From Phoronis australis (lineage: Eukaryota > Animalia > Phoronida): a stretch of DNA of 64,000 nt. The stretch's first letter is position 1, and the number at the start of each line of letters is the position of its first letter. The notes beneath the pieces are model-generated. The model searched no databases. It was not told the DNA's origin and saw only the letters and a program-made list of their open reading frames with translations. The translations under genes were made by a program, and so were the position numbers. Of the stretch, positions 56,401 to 64,000 are shown piece after piece. Where the stretch lies: NCBI GenBank assembly GCA_002633005.1, contig NMRA01000332.1, positions 2,081-66,080 on the forward strand, in the 5' to 3' direction.

Positions 56401-59400
56401 ACCTGTGTCAACAATAGAAAAAATGAAGCAGCTTTGTACCCACTGTTAGTCATGAAACAAACTCTGGCCTTAAGAGCATTTATCATTGGCTCAAGTTTTC
56501 CTCACTCAGATCAGAAGTATTGTCTGGGTTTGGGAAGAACCGAGAACCAACAGTTTGCAATTGCCCGAGACCAGACACAACAACTTGGTTTGAACTTAGT
56601 TATGCTAGTCATCTTGAACATGACCTCAAACAATAACAAATTGGATTAGTGCCAACTGAATTACATGTTTCAATATGCTGATCAAATGGATTCAGTAATA
56701 CCTGGATCAGGATCTTCCAATTTATCTTTTAGACGAGGGAAGGCTGGCCGTAGTGCCTCAGGGAACCGTAAGAACACTTTGTACATGATCAGCACTGCCT
56801 TCTTGCGTACATAGGGCTTGGTCGATGACATCTGAAATTGGAGGCAGAGCGTAGTTAAAAACAGGATGCACATGGGAGCTCAAGGTCTGAGAATGAAATG
56901 TAGGGACAACAGAGGACTTCAGTTTGGATTGCGACTCCCACGTCTTGCGTCTGAGATCCAATCTTGGGTACACCGAGAGATTTAGCACTGCTCATACTTG
57001 AGAACGCAAAAAGGAATCAATGAGAATATTCAATAGTAACCAAGATAATTCATTAAACATTAAGTTGTTCCTCCTAGAGTAAGAAAATTCTCAATTCATT
57101 TCAAAATATTGCAATGTTATGAATAAGTACATACATCTGAATTCTGTACGATTCTAAGTTTTCAAAGTTAGATTTTTAAAACCAACTCCAAGCAAGAGCA
57201 ATGCGGAGCGTTGAAATGAGCCTACAAATGCATCGCAAATGGTGTGCTTTTAGGGTTGTTTATTTGGATCATCAAAATGGTCACTAGATGGTGCAAAATA
57301 CGTTGAATCCGTCTGAAAACCAGAAAATGTCATCGTTTCTTTTAAAGAAAGCCATTTACCAAATGAAATTCATCGAGGAACTTCAGAGAAACAGAGGAAA
57401 TTGCAACAAGGGGGCACATTGTTCGTCGGATCCGTCTAAAAGTCATCGTCTTCTCTTGTTAACTCCATGTACATACACATGCTAAATTTAATAAAGATCC
57501 TGCACAGGGCTTAAGAAAAACAGGTATGGGTGCAAAAAACACCACTAGGAGGCGCCACAGTAGTCAAAGTCATCGGAAAATCAACGGCAACCGTCCCTTT
57601 CATAGAAAGAACATACATGCCAACTTTCACAATCATCCTTAGAGTGGTTTGGATGACAGAGGGACGGACGCCAAAAAAACAGACTCAAAAACAACAAAAC
57701 TGGCCACAAGGTGGCGCAAAATACCTTGAATGAATCTGAAGATGAACGGCTAGCGTCACCTCACTAATGGATGTCTAAGGGCCAAATTTTATGGAAATCA
57801 GCTGAGGACCTTTGAAGATATAGAGGTAAACGTAAAAAACTAAAATTCCCATTAGGGGGCACACAGGTAGACCGATCTGTCTGAAAATCGTCATCGTCCG
57901 TTGTCATCTTCATATAAATACATTTGCTAGATTTAATAAAGATCCTGTAGGGCGAAAAAAACAAAAACAAAACTACCACTAGGAGGCGCCACAGTAGTCC
58001 AAGTCATCGGAAAATAGCCATCAACTGTCTTCTTCATAGTAAGAACATACATCCCAATTTTCGCAATCATCCTTAGAGTGGTTTGGTTGGTAGAGTTGCG
58101 GACGCCAAAAAACGACTTGAAAATAGTAAAAATGGCCACTAGATGGCGCAAAATCCATTGAAGCCATCCTAAAACGGGAGGATAGCGTCAACTCATTAAC
58201 AGATGCCTATGTGCCAAATTTCATGAAAATCGGTTTTGGACCTTTGAAGAAACAGAGGCAAACACAAAAAACTAAAATTGCCAGTAGGGGGCACAGCGGT
58301 ATTTGGGTCGGTCCGAAACTTGTCGCCCTCTGTTGTAAACCCCATAGGAACATACCTGCCAAATTTCAATAAGATCCTGCAATGGGTTTAGGAGATTCAG
58401 CCGCAGACGCCGGACGCCCGGACAGAGATGACGGCAATATGCCACCACGTATTGACAAGGTGCGAGTATTGAATTTGATTAGGTCTCAGTGACGACTTTA
58501 ACCAGCAGTTTTGGTTTCGGTTTTAATAGGTTCTCTTAAACATGTGTTTCGGCTCTAAGAAGCTATGAATGCAACAACAGTGAAGTGACACAGGTATACC
58601 AACAATCAATTTCCAGAGTCACATCTCACTCTTTTTAACATTTCACTCTTATTGAGCTAATACAATGGCCATGAGAGTCTGTGTTCAATAGCCTTTTCGT
58701 TTAAACCATAACAGTTACCCAAACACTGGCCTTCATTTGCTTACCAGTGTCATGATGTCATTAGCCAAGTCACGTGACAGGTCGGGGGTGATAAAGCATG
58801 CCAGGCCACACAAAGCCACGCCCGTGTCGTACATGACGCCCGAGTTGAGGTCCTGCAATACCAATCATGAACTTTGCCAGTACATTCACAAAAAAGAACT
58901 ATTAGCGGCTAGCAGCAAAAACATTACATTAAACTCATGACAAAAGTTTGACAAAAGCATGATCTTATAATGACAAAAGTTCGACTTAACTGCCAAATAA
59001 TTCTTTTAAGAAGTCCGTCCGAATTAAGTTGAGCCTGGCAGTTTTTGCCAAAATTTGTCTAGTTTTTACTTTATTTTGAAAACAAATTATACAGTACAAG
59101 CAAAGGAATTCCAAGTCATGATTGTAGGGCGGAGGCCCAATTTATCGCCAAGGTAGTCTTCCTTCATTACCAGGAATGAATAGGAAATAACAGGAAAGTT
59201 AGTTAATACGTGTCTGACTGTTACACAGTAACCATTAGTCATTTTTACTGTGAACACAATTAGTCACCACGGCGGGGAAACAGTATTGTGTTTGATTTCT
59301 TTCAACTTGTACTGCACTTGCCCTGCACTTGCCCAGCACTTGCCCTGCACTTGCACTGCACTTGCACTGCACTTGCACTGCACTTGCACTGCACTTGCAC

Positions 59401-61200
59401 TGCACTTGCACTGCACTTGCACTGCACTTGCACTGCACTTGCACTGCACTTGCACTGCACTTGCACTGCACTTGCACTGCACTTGCACTGCACTTGTACT
59501 GTACTTCATAGCAGAAAAGCACTAACAGTCATGGTCTTGAAACAACTACAACTACAATGGGCCACTATGGGCAAGCTGTTACTGACTGAAAACGATGTGT
59601 ATATTGGCTACTTGCAACTCTTGACATGGTATAGAAATGAGTAGAGATGAATTAAGCACAACATTGGGATGTCAGTGCTTCCCAAACGTACCTTCCTGAT
59701 CATATTTGTGGTCAACATCAGGACATCTGTTCCTTCATGGAAGCTTTGCGAGGCAGCTAGATAACCAATCCTCTGCAACAGCAAGCAAGAACGTCAATCA
59801 GAACATCGTTATGAGAATCATACTCTACTTTCAATGGTACATTTACTAGGCTGTATCAATAAAGTCTTTAGCTATAGGTGGAAAAACGAGTCGAAACTAA
59901 AACCAAATCTAGAATTGTACAATCAACAACAAATTTGTTAGAAATGTTCATCAAAAGGTTTGCAAAATTTTCACAGCGACATGGCTGAGAACGTGTATTA
60001 AGTGTCAAGGATGCAATGTACAACAGAACATAATTCCCACATCTCGGATTCAACTCTCCACTTTTAGGGAGTTAGAAAAATGCATCGAATGATTGACCTA
60101 CCTTTTAGAAGGTACGGCCAATAATGCACTACTGAGCCCTACCAATCAAAGGAAGGAGAATTCATCACGCCTCATTCAGCTTCTCATACACAAAACGTAC
60201 CGACAGTGGCATAGATTAAGTGATATCCAATGAGACATTCTGTGTATCGACCGAGACTGAAGGTCAAGGTTGATACAGGGAATAATGTCGAGTGGGATAG
60301 TACTTTATCTACGCCAATCCAGGCATGTTTTGTATTTATCCCACACGCTTTGAATTCCGAATGGGATAATTTTTTACGTCCAAGCCGAAATTGTCAAGAG
60401 GTAATTGACTCTCAACTGTTGTGCCTCAAGACTTTGTAAGGAATATAACATCTGCGATTCCAGCACGACTTTATTCAGCTCCAGTTGTTTTAGATTGTTC
60501 ACAAGACCTTTTCAGTCAAATCCTATTTTTGTCTTTAATTTGAACAAAATCTTTTCGTCCCATTGCACTTGACCTTAGGTTATGTAGGAGCCCAGGAACA
60601 TGTCCAAAATTGACTACAACACTTCGGAACATCATATCTCAGAAATGGCCGATCAGATTCACGTGAAACCTACACTACGCTTTATACACTGTTCTCAAAA
60701 ATGTCGCTAGGAATTTTTTAAAACGTTCCACTTTTGCATGAGGGACTATCACAAATATGGCTTTTACGATTTTCATGAAAAAAAAATTGAAGACGCAGAA
60801 AACTAAACCGAAATATTTTAGAAATCTGTAACAGCGTTTTCAAGATCTCACCTCCAACATCAATATCGAATAAAATTTAGTCACGTTAGTGACGTTATTG
60901 TTTTGCTAACACCAGACCCAATCAGTAAAAGATTGGTAATAAGTCAGAAATAAAATTCTGGAGGCTTTCTACTTACATAAAGTTTACACTTTATCAACAG
61001 AGATAAAATCTGGCTCAATTTGGAGATATTTGGATAAATACGTGTAGGTCTTTCAATAAGGCCCCACATAACCTTAACGAGAGCTTTACTGAGCACTGGT
61101 TCTAGTTATGGAAGCATACCTTGTAAGTGAACTTGGTAGAACTCATCACCTCGATGATGTTGAATGCTGCCCAGCTAATGTCGTATCCCAACATCTGAAG
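29474..61200 (-). CDS. AP3D1: AP-3 complex subunit delta-1, 5'-partial (about 60 N-terminal codons lie beyond the window)
   Basis: Exons in transcript order: 61120-61200, 59692-59772, 58745-58852, 56702-56831, 56263-56402, 55866-55939, 55145-55194, 51617-51666, 51004-51052, 50478-50623, 49607-49755, 48012-48242, 47300-47531, 46617-46762, 44837-44935, 44311-44504, 43778-43965, 43228-43301, 42672-42819, 42208-42360, 41640-41744, 41217-41369, 39778-39825, 38567-38704, 37143-37283 (=35075-35215), 36494-36579 (=34426-34511), 33238-33362, 30125-30207, 29474-29572. Non-redundant total 3501 nt, in frame. Motifs: LQMLGYDISWAAFNIIEVMSS, RIGYLAASQSF, EALRPAFPRLKDKLEDPDPG, ELARKNPKNYLSLAP, SADLEVQER, KKVPVPEGLDLDKWINEP, DLDFWLS, QGHHVC. 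Confidence 0.97.
30571..31865. mobile_element. Non-autonomous DNA element with GGGCTGTT(C/T)CAG TIRs and internal tandem units of about 150 bp
   Basis: GGGCTGTTCCAGTAAAA / TTTTGCTGAAACAGCCC; repeated units of the type AAAAT.GACTG.TGC...AAAT.TCATCATGATC between about 30770 and 31170. Confidence 0.55.
32470..32990. mobile_element. Kolobok-like MITE, second copy
   Basis: TTAA|AGAGGCATGGAATGCG left end; colinear similarity with 10770-11298 (CATGCGCTCACA, TTTTCCATATAAGGGAA, CTTTCAATATTGCAAT); right end degenerate. Confidence 0.68.
33921..38049. repeat. Direct tandem duplication of about 2.07 kb (33921-35982 / 35984-38049) containing two AP3D1 exons; likely assembly or haplotype artefact
   Basis: Near-identical copies at an exon offset of 2068. 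Exons are identical, introns differ by SNPs and small indels, and a single N at 35983 sits exactly at the junction. Confidence 0.95.
38080..38552. mobile_element. hAT-like MITE, second copy of the CAGGGCTTGGAAT family
   Basis: TIR CAGGGCTTGGAAT / ATTCCAAGCCTTG; flanks AGCACG / AGCACA (6 bp, one mismatch); ends 14 bp from an AP3D1 exon boundary. Confidence 0.82.
40210..40412. repeat. Tandem repeat, 3 x 67-68 bp
   Basis: Units start at 40210, 40278 and 40345: TTGAGGACAGGTT...GGTATTTAGATAAAACAAACACCAAGCCCC. Confidence 0.92.
45962..46448. mobile_element. hAT-like MITE, 13-bp TIR CAGGGCTTGGAAT, 6-bp TSD
   Basis: Perfect TIRs; AAAATA on both sides (45956-45961, 46449-46454); homologous along its length to 38080-38552. 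Confidence 0.85.
48762..49568 (-). mobile_element. Non-autonomous Helentron-associated element (HINE / DINE-1 / pearl-like), best-preserved copy
   Basis: 10-bp subterminal inverted repeats TGCGCCCACA (48789-48798) and TGTGGGCGCA (49554-49563). Hairpin CAACGC-AGA-GCGTTG at 48771-48785 next to the AAACAAGAG terminus. Palindrome at 49536-49563. (GACG)n-like microsatellite at about 49475-49522. Internal monomers of about 145 bp with CCAAATTTCATGAA. No TSD; flanks are A/T runs. Confidence 0.8.
53388..53438. repeat. (TATATG)n-like microsatellite
   Basis: Directly visible. Confidence 0.8.
54439..54790. mobile_element. MITE with long imperfect TIRs and TA TSD (Tc1/mariner-like)
   Basis: TA|GTCTCAATACAATCTCCTATCTTCAGGTG versus reverse complement TA|GTCTCTATACAATCTCCTGTCTTCGGGTG, followed by about 60 bp more of inverted similarity. 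Confidence 0.82.
57192..58475 (-). mobile_element. HINE/pearl-like element, longest copy (8 motif-bearing monomers)
   Basis: Terminus GCAAGAGCAATGCGGAGCGTTGAAATG, eight related monomers of about 125-160 bp, and a GGACGCC tract near 58405-58425. Confidence 0.78.
59307..59503. repeat. 11-bp minisatellite (TGCACTTGCAC)n, about 17 copies
   Basis: Directly visible; generates six overlapping low-complexity ORFs. Confidence 0.97.
60578..61073. mobile_element. Kolobok-like MITE
   Basis: TIR GGTTATGTAGG.GCCC / GGCCCCACATAACC with TTA and TTAA flanks. Confidence 0.55.
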
Positions 61201-62089
61201 CTAGAAGAGAAGATGGGACCCCATATAAACACTCGTGTACGATGAATATGGCTACACACCCCAGCTTCCTTTAAAAACAACATCTCGCTTTGCTCATTTA
61301 TCTAGACACAAGTTTAAGACCTGAAATTTGGAAATGCCAGCTGAGATTTTGACCAGCTCCTGTGGGCTGTCACATCGTCCAACCACTTCAACAGAATTCT
61401 TTTTTGTTAGTGGAGCAGGAAAATATGGGTGCCACAACATCATGGCCCTGACAGCATCTTTTTGGTAGACAAAGTTTTGTGACCTGTCATCTGTGCAGGG
61501 CCCTCAATCCCTTGATTTTGGGGCTGAATATTCAGAACCATTTTCCTCCAAACAATATTGAAAAATTATGCGAAATTCCGCTCATGAGGCTCAAAAATTC
61601 CCCTCGAGTGATTGACAAATTCCCCTGGAGATTTGAATCATTAATTTTGTAACTCACACAGGTGGCAATTTGAAAGAGTGCAAAATGTTTTGACTACTTG
61701 AGGCAAAGCCTACGAGGGCTTGCAAGGGGGGGGGGTAAAAATTCTCCCTTCCCAGAAAGCACAAAACAAGCACATTTCCTCTTGAATAAACGAGGGTCCT
61801 GCCGTGTGTGCAAGATGAACTTTGGAAGAGGCAGACACTCAAGATCAGACTTGAAAATATTAAAAAGCCATGAGGTGGCGTACAATATGTGGAGCCTATC
61901 CAAAAATGAGAGGGTGCCATTTGCCAATTTCGAGAAAACCTCTCAAAGAACTAAGAAGACAAAAGGAAGCACAGTGATAGTCGGATCCCACCAAAATTCA
62001 TCCTCATCTGTTCTCTCTTTAATGGAAATACACTTGCCAAATTTAACTAAGTTCTAGCAAGAGGTTCATCAGAAACAGCTGTGGGGGAA

Positions 62090-62610
62090 AACAAAATTGC
62101 CAATAGAAGGTGCCACAATAGTCGAAGCCAACAAAAAATCATCATATGCCGTCTCCTTCCCAGTACAGCACAACAAAGAATTTCTATCATCATCTTTAGA
62201 ATGGTATCCCCAATAGAGAGGTGAACACCAAAAAACACCAAAAACACCAAAAAAAAACAATAACTAGGTGGTGCAAAATACACACAATGCAACCCAGGAC
62301 AAGAAGAAGTCATCTCCTTAATAAACACCTATGTTCAAACTTTCATTAAAATCCGTCAAGGAACTCTGAAGAAACTGCAGCAAACGTAAAAAAGAAACTA
62401 AAATTGCCAGTAGCGGTACACAGAAAGTCTGATCTGTCTGGAAATTTGCTCATGCCCTGACACCTATGATAGAAACATCCATCCAAATTACCACAAACAC
62501 AAATAAAGAGCTATTGAAGATTCACCAGCAGGCACTAGACACTGGCTGGCTACAGGGACAGAAAGGGATTACAGAATAATACACCCACATATCAATATGG
62601 GGTGCATAAA
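62090..62610 (-). mobile_element. HINE/pearl-like element, diverged partial copy
   Basis: Three degenerate monomers and terminal palindrome ACACCCACATAT-CA-ATATGGGGTG at about 62581-62604. Confidence 0.65.
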
Positions 62611-62674
62611 CAGACATGATCATGTGACCCAATTAAGGAAAGATTCTTGGAAAATAGTTTGCATTGAAGTCTAA

Positions 62675-63091
62675 AGTACCCTTTAGACATCAACTTTTGA
62701 TCCAGCGCAACCGACACCGAGCAACTTGATCGGTGTGGCCATTTATACACGCACCTTCTTTCACTGTGGCAAGACGTAAATTGTAAGTTGGAGAGTGCAA
62801 TGCACTTGCGCAGGTTTTCAAATAGTGGGAGTTCCAGAGACAGAAAGCCCGTTTGTAGGTCATTGCACAAGCGCAGTAGAGATGATCCTTTCCACCTTGC
62901 CCCAGTTTCACGTTTAGACATATAATTGACACGGAACAAGATGTTCGAGCGCAAATTGCCCGACCTCACAAACCGGTGGCAAAAGTTGTCACTGCGGTGT
63001 CAGTTTGATCCATGTCAGTCCCGTTTACACATTGGAACACCTTGTTCCATGTCAGCTGATCTGTGTCGACTTTTGTAGTGTAAAGGGCACT
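62675..63091. mobile_element. PIF/Harbinger-like MITE
   Basis: TIR AGTACCCTTTAGAC / GTGTAAAGGGCACT with TAA and TAG flanks; internal TTTA(C/G)AC repeats. Confidence 0.55.
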
Positions 63092-64000
63092 TAGTTTTGT
63101 AGATATTTAACTGAATAAACAGACCTGTCAATAAGGTCCTGAACCTTTAAATAAGATGACTCACCCATGAGATTAGAAACATTGTTCCAGTTTCACTAAG
63201 CACCTGAGCAGCTCAGAGGTGATGGTATGAGTAGTTTTCAAAAGATGTTTACAAAATTAATCTAATCTCAGGACCTATACTGATAGTGTGATAACAAAAA
63301 CTGAAGAAAGGTCATTGGAAATGTGAGACAATGCCCAATTACCATCAATGATATCATTTTAATAACTAGATTCCGAGATGAATCTTGTTTGGGTAAAAAA
63401 AAACAGAGTAGTCAACCTCTCCGTGTAGTTAATTTTTTGATGTTGTTCAGAAAAAGCCAAGTTCTACAAAAAGCACAAGTCTTATCACTAATTGTATAGA
63501 ATGGCACAGGTTACAAGAGGAAGCCATTAAAAATGACATCCCTAGCTAGAACTGCTAGAAATGACTATGCAATACAAGATAGCTTCCTGGGTGCAGCAAT
63601 TTAGTGTCAATATTTCCGGTTTATCTCTCTGAAAGCAGGAACTTGATAGGACAACTCCTTGGTGGTCTATGGCAGACACAACAACTTTCAGTCAGATGCT
63701 AACACAAAAACAGAAGCCATTTACCACAGATAATTATCCTGATTTTTACTAATTAATGAATATTTGCTGAGCACATCCATCTGGGTATCAGCCCACAAAT
63801 AATTGTTTAAGAAAATACCATTATAGTTAAACTGACATTTCTGAAAAGCTGACATTCATTTAATTGGCATGTAGTTTCTACCGTAATCGTTCGGGTTAAT
63901 GCCCTGGGCGGTTAAATTGGCGAACCCAAAAAATCGGGGGTGGGCGGTTAACCAGACATGGGCGCTTAAACGTGAAATTTCAAGAAATCGGGGGGGGGGG

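Noticed and set aside
59235-59644. Six overlapping ORFs with SASAVQVQCKC / LALHLHCTCTA repeats
   Set aside because: Translations of an intronic 11-bp minisatellite that lacks stop codons. The TGCAC cores also do not fit the metal-response element TGCRCNC.
61201-64000. Search for the first AP3D1 coding exons
   Set aside because: No sequence encoding the expected DLVRGIRN or IDEIKQEL-type blocks was found by eye; they presumably lie beyond the window.

Overview
Intron-rich, repeat-rich animal genomic DNA, probably a marine invertebrate (taxon is an inference); it is not prokaryotic, so most six-frame ORFs are spurious. Three genes were reconstructed by hand with phase-consistent splice sites. 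(1) A complete 14-exon transglutaminase on the minus strand (7658-22988, 734 aa) with an intact Cys-His-Asp triad. (2) A divergent 3-exon TRIR/C19orf43 orthologue on the plus strand (24054-26537, 153 aa). (3) AP3D1 on the minus strand (29474-61200), with 29 non-redundant exons in the window and the 5' exons beyond it. Introns hold many MITEs, SINE-like heads and four copies of a Helentron-type (HINE/pearl-like) element. Best leads: the HINE monomers each carry a co-oriented CTCF-consensus-like motif arranged as a 3-mer higher-order repeat; a 14-nt first coding exon builds an N-myristoylation signal on the transglutaminase; that enzyme lacks the conserved SAHD histidine; and AP3D1 has duplicated or alternative acceptors that could act as poison splice sites. 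A 2.07-kb tandem duplication of two AP3D1 exons is most likely an assembly artefact.
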